A stretch of 64,000 nt of DNA from Octopus sinensis. Its lineage: Eukaryota. The notes under the pieces are model-generated. The model was not told where the DNA came from, made no database searches, and worked only from the letters and a program-made list of their open reading frames with translations. A program made the translations under genes and the position numbers. The number at the start of each line of letters is the position of its first letter. Positions within the stretch are counted from its first letter, which is position 1. The stretch covers positions 61,008,001 to 61,072,000 of the forward strand of contig NC_043003.1 of the NCBI RefSeq assembly GCF_006345805.1. The letters run 5' to 3'. This document shows, piece after piece, positions 51,712 through 63,830 of this stretch.

Positions 51712-51755
51712 AAAAATACCTTAGAAATGAGAACCCAGGTTCGAAATTACCCCAA

Positions 51756-51801
51756 GACACCTGATGAAGGCTGGAGGGTATATCAGCCGAAATGTTGAGT
51801 T
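51756..51801 (+). ncRNA. Hammerhead ribozyme (right arm)
   Basis: GACAC-CTGATGA-A-GGCTG gagggtatat CAGCC-GAA-ATGT-T-GAGTT. Confidence 0.72.
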
Positions 51802-52340
51802 AACAACAAACAAGATGAAGACAAATATCCGTCAAATTTAAATAATGTACATAATTCCTCATCTCATAGAACTGAAAATTAGATTTGTTTTGTGTTCTCT
51901 CGAAAGATTATAAAATCCTTATGACATCAACCATACATTATACACTCACACTGAAAATATTTGGGGAAATGCTGCGCCCTTCTTAACCTACAGATTACAT
52001 TAGTCCCTTAAAGAATTTTGAGAAACTAACGCCATCATCCGAAGTGAACATGTACGTGCGCGTTCGTATGTATCATCTTAAGCGTTCTCCAAGTTGCGTT
52101 CATTTACGCCAAAAGTTAACTATAACTAGAAATCGATAACAATAAGTAGTGAAGTGAAATAAGAGCAAGAATCGATACGATAAAGAAAAAAACACTGGAG
52201 TTGTTCTAAATATGTAATAGGTGAAGTTATTAATTTCAATCATTCAGTTTTACTACGCTTGAAAAACCTTTATGTGACAAGTCATCAGCTAGTACATAAC
52301 AGTATCTATGCATATGATTTTATACACACACACACACACA

Positions 52341-52379
<39 letters not shown>

Positions 52380-52411
52380 ATCTTTCAGTTTAGAAAAGAC
52401 GCTGAGATGTG

Positions 52412-52961
52412 CGAGGGTAAGTCAAAAAAGTAATGCCATTTTGTTTAGGACAGATATAATTATGAACACAGGAACATCTATCATACATCAAAATGGAGCT
52501 GGTCCTCTGTGAATCACATCCCTACTTCTCAACATAGTCACAGTTTCTCTCAATAGCAATGTTTCACCTTCGAAAGAGAGCATGTATCCCTGCCCCGTAA
52601 AATTTTTTTGACTGTTCTTTGAGCAACTTCTTCACTACAGTTTTCACTTCCTCGTCACTGGAATAATGTTTACCTCTCAAACCCTCTTTCATGGAGCCGA
52701 AGAGATGATAGTCCAGGGACGAGGAAGTGAAAACTGTAGTGAAGAAGTGGTCTAAAGAACAGTCAACAGAATTTTACGGGGCAGAGATACATGCTCTCAT
52801 TCGAATGTGGAACATTGCTATTGAGAGAAACGGTGACTATGTTGAGAAGTAGGCTTGTGATCCACAGAGGACCAGCTTCATTTTGATGTATGATACATGT
52901 TCCTGTGTTTGTAATTATACCTGTCCTAAACAAAAAGGCATTAACTTTTGACTCACCCTCG
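52412..52961. mobile_element. Mariner fold-back made of two right (3') ends
   Basis: TIRs cgagggtaagtcaaaa / ttttgactcaccctcg+TA. Both arms encode DEEVKTVVKK..KEQS..FYGA.IHAL...NIAIERN.DYVEK*; junction near 52716. Confidence 0.88.
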
Positions 52962-53064
52962 TATTTGTTGGTATCTAAAAAAATTATGTGTCATTAATGA
53001 AAACATTTATATGATTTTTAGCGATTAAAGTTTGGAAATAAGGCAATGTCACATTCTCTAACTA

Positions 53065-53230
53065 TGAAGGCACGTGACTTAGTGGCTAGAGTGTTGGACG
53101 TGTAATCGTAAGACTATGGTTTCGATTCCTGGACCAGCAAAACACTTCATTTCACACTGCTCCAGACCACTCAGCTGGCAACAATGAGCAATCCTACGAC
53201 GGTCCGGCGTCCCGTCCAGGTAGGGAATAT
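53065..53230 (+). mobile_element. SINE C fragment
   Basis: gtgacttagtggctagag...ggtttcgattcc...cacttcatttcacactgctccag. Confidence 0.7.
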
Positions 53231-53245
53231 ATGTGTATATATCTA

Positions 53246-53292
<47 letters not shown>

Positions 53293-54129
53293 ATATGCGG
53301 CATAGAAACCGGCCCTTTGAGTCTATATCACTCGGAAAAGAACTGTATTTTTCTATTCTCAAACCATATTGCATACAATGGACATCATTTTAAAACTTAT
53401 TCAGCCCTTAATACTTCCTTCAGGGTTTATTTCATAATTTCTATTCAAAAACGATATATTGCTTATTGTACTAGGAAGATCAAATTCTTAACTTTCACTT
53501 GTTTTTTTCATCCCGGTTTATAGTAATTTCGGCTTTTTCCCCTCTTCTATTCAATTTCAAACGTATTTCTTTCTTAGTGGGACTATTTATAGAGATGATG
53601 CAAGAAAAAAAACAAAAAAACGTTTTCATGATTGCAATTCAAAACAGATTTTTTACTGAATCTGTGTCCCTGCGCTTTATTTTGAATAATGAATAATTAC
53701 ATCTACGCCGTTGTTACACGAACAAAACAAGGCGAAAGAGTAAGCTATTCTTTTGCTTGGAAGGCAGAAGGACAAAAGAAAATGACACAAAAAATAATAC
53801 AATGTTCTTAGTGTTCTGCACTTAACAATCCTTTTGCATGCAGAAGGCTACTCTGGGCAATTAACTTTATTGTCTTGTTCATGTAATCGGGAAATAGTGG
53901 TAGATTAGATTATACAAACGTAAAAAGAAGCTAGTTTGTTAACAATGATAAATCGTGATGAATATTTCTTCCTAAGTTTAATTGAGAGTATTATCTGACA
54001 TTTTTAGGAGACTTTCACCTATTTTATAACTGACTTTAGTTTTAATGCCCTAAGAATAACAGGCTGTTAATAATGGACAATAGTTAATGTTATAGAATAC
54101 ACCATTTAACAAAAACTTTTCTACTCTAA

Positions 54130-54765
54130 GTACAAGGCCCGAAATTTTGGAGGAGGGGCCCAGTCGATTAGATCGACCCCAGTACGCAACTGGTACTTAA
54201 TTTATCCACTCTGAAAGGATGAAATGCAAAGTTGACCTTGGCGGAATCTTAACTCAGAACGTAAAGTCAGACGAAATACCAATTTCTTTATTACCCACAA
54301 GGGGCTAAACACAGAGAGGACAAACAAGGACAGACAAAGGGATTAAATCGATTACATCGACCCCAGTGCGTAACTGGTACTTAATTTATCGAAGGCGGCA
54401 AGCTGGCAGAAACGTTAGCACGCCCGGGCGAAATGCTTTGCGGTATTTCGTCTGCCGTTACGTTCTGAGTGCAAATTCCGCCGAGGTCAACTTTGCCTTT
54501 CATCCTTTCGGGTCGATTAAATAACTACCAGTTACGCACTGGGGTCGATATAATCGACTTAATCCGTTTGTCTGTCCTTGTTTGTCTTCTCTGTGTTTAG
54601 ATCCTTGTGGACAGTAAAGAAATAGGTACTTAATTTATCGACCCCCGAAAGGATGAGAGGGAAAGTCGACCTCGGCGGAATTTGACCTCAGAACGTAACG
54701 GCAGACGAAATACGGCTACGCATTGCACCCGGCGTGCTAACGTTTGTGCCAGCTCACCGCCTTAC
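54130..54765. mobile_element. SINE B (minus) with a nested plus-strand SINE B at 54393-54624
   Basis: 17-bp TSD ggtacttaatttatcga at 54376-54392 and 54625-54641. Confidence 0.92.
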
Positions 54766-54774
54766 CATTTAACA

Positions 54775-55020
54775 TTTCGATTCCCAGACTGGGCGTTGTG
54801 AGTGTTTATTGAGCGAAAACACCTAAGGCTCCACGAGGCTCTGGCAGGGGGTGGTGGCGAACCCTGCTGTACTTTTTCACCATAACTTTCTCTCGCTCTT
54901 CCTGTTTCTGTTGTACCTGTATTTCAAAGGGCCAGCCGTGTCACACTATGTGTCATGGGTCTGTGGAGTGCTCAGCCACTTGCACATTAATTTCACGAGC
55001 AGGCTGTTCCGTTGATCGTT
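54775..55020 (+). mobile_element. 5'-truncated SINE D
   Basis: Matches 40770-41060. Confidence 0.85.
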
Positions 55021-55124
55021 GTAAATGAAAAGATGATATGCCAGGAGTGCCATAACAAAGATCATATTATGCTTCTCATCTAGGCAAAAGTGTAGTGTAA
55101 CTAGTAATATCTGTATAGTTCTTC

Positions 55125-55410
55125 CGCCGAGGTCGACTTTGCCTTTCATCCTTTCGGGGACTATAAATTATGTATCGTTTGCGTACTGGGGTCGATCTAA
55201 TCGACTGGCCCCCACTCCCCAAAAATCTCGGTCCTTGTGCCAAGAGTACAGAAGAATATTTGTATAGATATTCTGCCGAGGTCGACTTGGCCTTTCACCC
55301 TTTCAGGGTCGATAAATTAACTACTATTTGCGTACTAGGGTCGATCTAATTGACTGGAGCCCTCCTCCAAAATTTCGGGCCTTGTGCCTGGAGTAGAAAA
55401 GAATATTTGA
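55125..55410 (+). mobile_element. Two partial SINE B copies
   Basis: ccgccgaggtcgactttgcc...ggccttgtgcc twice. Confidence 0.85.
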
Positions 55411-56190
55411 ATAGGTCATACTGAGTGGTTCAACCGACTACTTTTGTGACCTATACCTTCATGTCATAAGTCTCTTGAATCAACGAACAAACTTCAGTAG
55501 CTGAATAGCATGTTAGATATTAATTTTGTGGAGTTCAGAGAGAGAAAAATTACTGTCTAAATTGATGGGAATTGAACCTAGAAGTTGTGCTCTGGTAACA
55601 CAGACACAGTTGTATTCCACAACCTTCGGACTCATCCCCAAACTTATCTAAATAGTATTTATTCTATCAGTTTACATTGTTTATCAAATCAGGTTCATTT
55701 ATCAGCATGGTACAAAACAGTATTATCTAAAGACTGATTTATAGTGAAGTAATACGTTTAGTTCTATACAGCTTCAACAGATTCAACTGTGATTATTATC
55801 TCAGACGTTAATGCCAGAAATTATAATCCCATAAGCGGGATGTACTACACGCTATAATCTTTACTGTTATTGAGGACATACACTGAAATCTTCATGGGCT
55901 TAAACTTATGAATACCAACAATTCAACAGGTAAATAGAGAGACAAATATAAATGATAACTAGATAAGCTTACATGCATAGATAACTATAGCTAAATAAAT
56001 GCAGATAGATGAAGGACATACGTAGATAGACTGAAGAACATAGACAAACATAATTAGATAAAAGGTAAATAGATAGATAGATAGAGAGAGAGAGAGATAG
56101 GCAGAGAGACATAGGAATATATATATAGATAGAGAGAGAGGGAGAGAGACATAGGAATATATATATAGATAGAGAGGGAGTCCCATACAT

Positions 56191-56230
<40 letters not shown>

Positions 56231-56232
<2 letters not shown>

Positions 56233-57880
56233 TTCTTTATTGGCCACATAGGGCTAAACACAGAAGGGACAAATGCAAATGTAGAGCTTTTCTTTTCGAA
56301 AATGAAAAACAAAAACGATAAAAAAGAGAAAGAAAAAGTAAAATTCTGATCAAAAGGGATCGTAAAAAAAAGGCGATCAAAAGGGATCATGTATCACAGA
56401 AGAATTTTGAAAATGTAAAAAGCAAGATTAGGTTTATCCATGGAAAGAAAAGCCAACGGAAAAGACCACGGTAGCCTAAGGCAGGGAGGAAATAAACGCA
56501 TGAGAGCAAAGTGCTCTCTCTCTCTCTCTCTCTCTCTTTCGATTTACAGGATCATGCTCAAAGTGGTTTCGTCACTCGCATGCACCATCTTTGCTACATT
56601 CACTCACCATTTTTTGAAACTTTCACGAGAAAAAACCCTGCCTCTTCATTCTCACTTCCCTTTTCATGTGGTACTTGAAGAAGTTGATGAGCGATGGGCC
56701 AGAGAGGTAAGTGTTTGTCTGTAATCCTTTCGCTCGAGGTCACCATACACACATTCTTTCACTATGGCCACCAGTACGATGAATACTGCCTTGCCTTGCC
56801 GGTTTGAGGGAAAGTGGCGGGGCAATTGTCACGATAGACTGGGCCGACAGGCGGGCTTGTCCCATACGTGACAGCAGCCGTTCGGCATAAGCCCACAGGT
56901 CCGAAATAGTTGGACACTGCAAGAGTGCGTGCAGAACGGTTTCGTCGCTCTGACCGCATCTCGGGCTAGTCGGTCCAGTGTGTTTCGAGCCGTGCCTGTA
57001 GAGCTTATCCAGAACAGGTAATGCTTCTCGATAGCAGTGCCAGGCCAAGGATCTTTGGTGATTCTCCATAGGTTCCGGCCCGAAAATTGTCCTGAACAGG
57101 CGGGTCAGGTGTGGCAGGTCAGGCGTTCCTCGTTGACACCCAGATTCTGCCCGAGAACGTCGTCGCATCTGCCCTCCTTCTATAGAACACCTTTGTTGTA
57201 ATGAAGTCGCACAAGTTTGGTCCTTGAGAGTAACGCGACACTCACGGTGCCATTCGCCTAGCCTCGGTTTCTGTTTGATCCACGAGCTGCGGGAAAGTGA
57301 GCCGCACAAACGGCGACCACACCTGTTCACTGTCATCTATGAAGTGCCGGAGATGTCGCAGTTTCAGCGCACGTCTACGCATCATCAACCACGACATGCC
57401 TAGCCCTCCATTTTGCGGGTGTTGACAGCAAATGGATCGCCTAACCATCGGAACGCTTCCCTTCCACAAGAAGCGGAAGAATATGCGTTCCAGTTTGGTG
57501 ACGGTAGGGTCGGGACAAGGTACGACGGTCAGACGGTAATCGATGACAGATGCAATGTACGCTTTCGCCACCTCCGTCCGACCTTTTAGGGATAGCTTCT
57601 TCTTGGCTCATTGCTGGGTAAGAGTGGCCACCCCAGTCGTTATTTTGCCCCAGTTCTTCTCCATTTGGAGGTCCAGACCGAACCGAGCAATTTAACCGGT
57701 CCGTCGGTCCAACGTCCCACGATGGAGACGCTGTTAGATGGCATGGGCTTGCTTTTCCAGGTGCCGAGCCCCAAGCCCACTCACTTTTCCCGGTTAATTT
57801 TTGCTCCTGTTATCACTTCGTATTCTTTTAGTGTTTCGCCGACTAGGTCGATGTGCTTGTGGCTCGACACTATGGCACTA
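56231..57880 (-). mobile_element. Tx1/L1-clade LINE 3' fragment flanked on both sides by (GATA)n
   Basis: YE..TGAKINREK, FFRFLWKG..P.VRR.IC..P..GGLG, zinc-knuckle region PRCGQSDETVLHALLQCP; ORF ends at 56544; several frameshifts. Confidence 0.88.
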
Positions 57881-57884
57881 TGAC

Positions 57885-57931
<47 letters not shown>

Positions 57932-58021
57932 CACAGATAAAGGCAGAGAGATGTGCAAGCAAGTAAGGAGAGTGTATATATTGGATAAATCTTCAAATGC
58001 CGAGAGAGATACGCTTACTTT

Positions 58022-58057
<36 letters not shown>

Positions 58058-59014
58058 TGTGTACAGTGCTCAGGTGCACTACAACTCATCTAAAGTGTAT
58101 ATATAATCAGGTGTAGTTTCGACGGATTTCGGGAAGCATGAGGGCCTTAAAGGATGCAGTGTCATGGCAGTCAACAACTGATGCAGGCAGTTTATTCCAC
58201 GCTTCAGCAACCCTGAGCGTGAAAAAATGTTTCCGAAAGTCATGGGAGCTGTGCTGTTTTCTGACTTTGTAGGCATGTCCACGTGTGTTAGACACATGGA
58301 GATCAAAAAGGTGTTCAGTGTTGTTGTTGGTGAGGTGGTTGATAACCTTGTGGGTGTTTACCAAGTCCGTCGCCAGACGCCGGAGCTTCAGTGAATCCAT
58401 GCCCAGGGAAACAAGGCGCTCAGAATATGGTAGGTGTCTGATGGAGGGTATGCGTTTGGTTGCACGTCTCTGGACAGATTCCAGGAGGTCAATGTTCTGA
58501 GCAAGATAGGGATTCCAAACTGATGATGCGAATTCCAAGTGTGGTCGTACCATAGCTGTATACAGTTTTAAATAGATGGCTGGAGAGCGGCTAACAAAAG
58601 TCTTGCTGAGTGATGCCAAGACACCCTCGGCCTTCTTGACAATTTTAGAGATATGCTTTGTCCAACGCAAATCACTGCTGACAGTGATGCCTAGGTCACG
58701 CTCGCAAGAGGATTTCTTGATATCAGTGTTGTGGAGGGAGTATGTGGACGCAGGGTTTTTTCTCCCAAAATGCATGGTGGTACACTTGTCCACAGCCAGT
58801 TTCAGTTGCCAGTCTGTGATCCATTGCTGCATTGTGTCTAGGTCTGATTGCAGGAAAGAGTTGTAGACATCAGTATCAGTCCTCTTGATTTCAAAGTACA
58901 GCTTGATGTCGTCTGCATATTTCAATACTGTGGCATTCTTTAAATTGGCGTCTATGTCATTAATATATGCCACAAACAGGAGGGGACCAAGGACAGATCC
59001 CTGTGGTACACCCG
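58022..59014 (-). mobile_element. Young 5'-truncated CR1-clade LINE with (ATT)n tail
   Basis: Uninterrupted frame from GVPQGSVLGPLLF through YADD, LQSDLD, RDLGI, VRPHLEFASSVWNP, LESVQRRATK, TRGH, FFTLRV..WNKLP to stop at 58107. Confidence 0.93.
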
Positions 59015-59072
59015 GTGTTTTGTTTTATTTTGTTGGGGTTTTTTTGCGTGCAAGTGTGCGATTATAAAGATA

Positions 59073-59438
59073 CTAGCAGTATCGCCCGGCGTTGCTCGGG
59101 GGTTTTTTCGACCCTTTAGAATTGGAATGTTTGAAAATTAAAAATTTTGCATTATGTAGCTTGTTATTCTGGTTGAAATACACTGAAAAATGTCGACACA
59201 GCGGTCAAAATATCGTAAAAAGTAGGGATTTTCATAGAAAAAAAAGCATCTTTTTCATGTAATTAATTTTTGATCTTAACATGGTTCGATTTGAATTTTA
59301 TCTTCTACGAAATGAAGAACTAGCCTTCTTCTATCATACTTTCAATTTTAGTCAACTTGCGCCGCAGGGTCTCGCAGGAGATAGTGTTAGTTGAAGGCTA
59401 CCAAACCTGCCACACTCAGATAACTTCAGCTTTATAGA
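59073..59438 (-). mobile_element. Non-autonomous Helitron (second family)
   Basis: A|TC at 59438, hairpin cccgagcaacgccggg, CTAG|T at 59073. Confidence 0.8.
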
Positions 59439-60958
59439 TAACCCTAACCCTCACATCCACTCACTTGCAGAAAATGCATTGTTTCGGGCCTTTGTTATCG
59501 AGATAGAGATTTGAAACCTACTCTGGCCGTAACTACACAACGCCTTCTATAGGTGTGTAAATTTTCAGCTCGATCCTAGCACGTCTAGTGTCATTGAACC
59601 CTTACCAAGGCCAAAATGTGCAAGTTTTTTTCCTCTTTTATATAGGTAGATAAATGCAAGAAAAAATAAAAGAAAGAGCAAGACTAAAGCTAAATATCAC
59701 AAGGAAAACTTTGGTATTTACAATTCCAATGTCACGATTTGGAATGTTTCGGTGGAGATTATTAGTTTTTTTTAACAGCACCGCAATGCATCCAACTTGG
59801 GTGAAAGGATCATTACTTGACTTACGTAGATTACCCACTCCGAAATAATGAAATGTAATATAGACCTTGGTGATGTTTGAACTCAGAACCGTAACTAAAT
59901 ATTGCAAGACATTGTTTCCGATGCTCAAAAATTGAATTCTTTATTGGGCACGAGGCCTAAAACAGATGGGACGGTACAAGGACAGACAAAGACAGTAAAA
60001 GTGAGGAAAAAACAATGAATGAAAATCAATACGTGTACAAATGACGATAGACATCCTTGCCTGAAACCCACCCTCTAGCAATCGCGTTTCTACCGTTTAT
60101 TTCAGTCCATTTACCGGTTAAATTATTGACACAAATAATACTTACTCTATAAAATAAAGATCTAAATCTTCATATGTTATTTCTGAGGGCAGGGTTTCAA
60201 ACCTCACCCTCTCTCCTATTAAATATACATCAGTTTTTAAGATTTTTTTGGGGGCAGGTCTATTATAATGCATTTTGTATCAGGTGGGTGTAATTTGGAC
60301 AGCCCAACACTAGTAATATTTCCAAATCTACTAATAGTCTTCTCAATGGATTTACTGGTTTTGTAAGCTGTTAAATAACCAATTTTCAATGTCAGGGTTT
60401 GAATGTCTGTAGATGTCTGTTCGCTGGGAGTTTCGATGCTGTAAACATCTGTCTATCTACAGACTTAGTTCAACAAATATTACTAAAAGCAAAACAAAAC
60501 TATAATTTTCTTATTACACATCACATATAATGATTTCAAATAATACTTCCACATTAGCTGAACCAACAAAAGTGATGAACTGGCAGAATCGTTAGCCGGT
60601 CAGAAAAATGCTTAGCAACTTTTTTTCCGGTTCTTTGCGTTCTGGGTTCAAATTATGCCGAGGTCAACTTTGCCTTTCTTTCTTTCGTGCTCGATAGAAT
60701 AAGTACAAACCAAGTATCAAAATTAGAAAAACAAATATATTAAAACCGATACCATTTCTCGATGTTGTGTGATTAACAACATTTCTTTCATACCCTTATA
60801 ATAGAACTCTTAAAACATTGTATTTTGAAACAATAAGTTTTCAAGCAAACCATTAATTGATTCAGTCATCACTCTACTAAATATTTTGTGATATAAAGTC
60901 TTTCACTAAACATAATGTCTTGGTAAAATGTCTTGGTTGAATTATCTATTCTCTGCAG

Positions 60959-61165
60959 TAAAACCGATTCCAAAAAGCTGCCAAGGTGAATATTTACATT
61001 ATGGATGTTCCCAATTTTACTTAAAAGTAATGAGCCTGGAGCAGCAATCATGGTTTGGTTTTATTTTTCGGCTTTACAGACATCTGTAATGTTTCTGAAA
61101 TATCCCTCAATTACCTTTCCTCTCTCTACATCAGTTATATGAATACTGGTTGCCGGATGGATAAG
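60959..61165 (+). CDS. Candidate pair of small exons (60959-60985 and 61080-61165) with a 94-nt intron
   Basis: ctattctctgcag|...CAAG|gtgaat and ttttcggctttacag|...AAG|gtaaca; phases are compatible, giving KPIPKSCQDICNVSEISLNYLSSLYISYMNTGCRMDK. No family recognised. Confidence 0.35.
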
Positions 61166-61674
61166 GTAACAACTGCAGCACACACATACACACGCACACA
61201 CAGCTGAGAATTTTGGGGGTTCGTATCCTATAAACATTACATTGCAACTGTAGATATGACAGCCGTTTCTTAAACGTCAAGTCTCTATATTGCTGAAAAC
61301 ATTTAACTTAATTCTCTATGGACCGCAAGCACTGTAAATTGGATTTCAAACCAACTTCATAACCATTCAGCCATACTTCTACTTGTGACGGAGTACTTTT
61401 GCCTTACATGCGACACGAAGCTACTAAATCTTATATGTATGTATGTGATTTCATTCACTAAATCAAAAGAACTATAAAGTACAATAACTAAGAAACATAA
61501 AAAAAGTGTTCAAACTATAAAATAACGAATTGTATTGTCTGGAACGTGATACATTCTTTTTCTTCCCAACATAAAATTTATTCCCTTATTCACATTGCTT
61601 TCTGTTATTATTTACCGACACAGAACATAGCTAGTTTATTTTATCGGATTTTGTTCTTTTATTTCTATCCCGCC

Positions 61675-63830
61675 GAGGCCAACATTTTGCCTTTCACCTT
61701 TTCGAGATCGAAAAAATAAAGCACCAGACAAATACTGAGTTCGATTAACCTTCTTCCCTATAAATTACTAGCCTTGTGTCAAAATTAGAAAAAGAGTGCT
61801 GCTGGCTGGAAGAATCTGTAGCACGACAAAATATTTAGCGGCATTTCTTCCGGATTTACGTTGAGAGTTTGTCTTTCAATGTTTCGACGCTGATGAAATA
61901 AGTGTCAGTTCAGCACTGGCCTCGCTATAACCAACTATCTCTACCCCTAAAATTGCTGGCCTTGTGCCAAAATTTTAAACCACGGAACCACGGGATTTAT
62001 CGGGTGTTTTATAAATAAAAATAACTGACTTGTTTTGAGATGTTTTTACGAGATACATATTTCCAATATTTATGAGTTCAAATTTCACTGAAGCTAATTT
62101 TTTCCTATTCGTTAAAAAATTGGTTTCAAATTTTCACGCTAGGCCAGCAACGTCGGAGGAAGAGGAAAGTCGATTATATCGACCCCTAAGCCGGCGAAAT
62201 GGCAGAACCGTTAGGATGCCGGGAGTAATACTTAGCAGCATTTCGTCTGTCTTTACGTCCTGAGTTCAAATTCCGCCGAGATCGACATTGCCTTTCATCC
62301 TTTCGGAGTCGATAAATTAAGTACCAGTGAAAAACTGGGGTCGATTTAATCGACTGGTCCCCCCCCCCAAAGTTTCAGGTCTTGTGCCTATAATAAAAAG
62401 GATCATATCGACCCTTGTACTCAACTGTTATTTATTTTATCGACCCGGAAAAGATAGAAGGCAAAGTTGACCTCAGCGAAATTTGAACTCATATCGGCTC
62501 GAATACAAAAGGATGAAGAAAGGGTAAAGTTGACTTCGGTGGAATTTGAACTCACAACGTAAAGACAGACGAAATGCTGCTAAACGTTTTATCTGGTGTT
62601 CTAACGGCTCTTGCAGATAACGGTTGTCCGAGTTTTCAAACAAATGGTTTCAAATTTTGGCTCAAGGCCAGCAATTTGAAAGGAGGGATAAATTGATTAC
62701 ATGATGGCAGCGGTCAAATGGTACTTATTTTATCGACCCTGAAAGGAGGAAAGGGAAAGTCGACCGCGGCCGCGGTGGAATTTGAACTCAGAAAGTAAAG
62801 ACGGACGAAATGTCGCTCATTCATTTGCTCAATGTGCTAACGACTCTGTCAACTCGCCGCCTTCGAAGTGTTTAAAATAGTACCAGTGAATTGTTGTGGT
62901 CGATTTGATTAACTGTTCAATCTTGTCAATAAAGGTGATGAGCTGGAAGAATTGTTAACATGTCGGACAAAAATGCTTAGTGATATAACTTATGGCTCTC
63001 TACGTTCTGATTTCAAATCCTGCCTAGTCAACTTTGCCTTTCATCCCTTCGGTGTAGAAAACATAGAAGTACTGAAAGAAATGAGTGTGGTGGGGTTGAC
63101 GTAATCGACTTATATCCTCCTCTAAAGTTACTAGCCTTGTGTCAAAATCTGAAATCACAATAGCATTTATGGTAAAGTGGCAAGCAAGCAGAATCACTGT
63201 ACCACTGGACATACAGCTTTGTTATTTTTTCCGTCGGGTTTTTTACGTTCTGAGTTCAAACACCGCTGAGGTCAACATAGCGCTTCATCTTTTTGGAATC
63301 GAAAAAAAAAAACAGTTAAGTGTTGGAGGCTCGATGCTGACCTAGGACCCTCTAACAGACCGGCTTTGCATTCTAAGGCACGAGAAAATGAAATCCTCTC
63401 AAATTGTATACTTGTTACTCTGTGAAGAATCAAGTTACACATCTTTCTCTAAGCTATTAATCGAGTATCAAGTGGAAGTATATTCCCGAATTAACAAATA
63501 TTGTTTTCAGATTTTGGCACAAGGCCAGCAATTCCTGTGGAAGTGGAAGTCGTTTTTATCGACCTCAGTGCTCAGCTGGTGCCTATTTTATCGATCCGGA
63601 AATGATGAAAGGTAAAGTTGACCCCATGCGCCTAAGCATTGGTACGAAGCCAAAATTTCGGAGGAAAGAGGTAATTCGAGATAAATCGTTCAACTGATAC
63701 TTTATCGATCCGGAAAAGAATGAAAGGCAAATTTGAACTCGGCAGAATTTGAACCCAGAACGTAAAATCGGATGAAATGCTGCTAAGCATTTTTCCCGGC
63801 GTGCTAACGATTCCGCCAGCTCATTGCCTT
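61675..63830. mobile_element. Dense cluster of about ten SINE B copies of different ages in both orientations
   Basis: Repeated gagttcaaatt / aatttgaactc B boxes and ggccttgtg tails. Confidence 0.88.

Larger units (their letters stand above)
51441..51849. mobile_element. Composite element: inverted hammerhead arms (about 138 bp) enclosing a (TAT)n(TAC)n tract and a tRNA-like head
   Basis: 51441-51578 is inverted against 51710-51849 with about 10 mismatches. Confidence 0.9.

Noticed and set aside
60330-60500. Minus-strand exon with an in-frame TAG that A-to-I editing might recode
   Set aside because: The frame closes again after about 34 codons and there is no suitable donor; too speculative.
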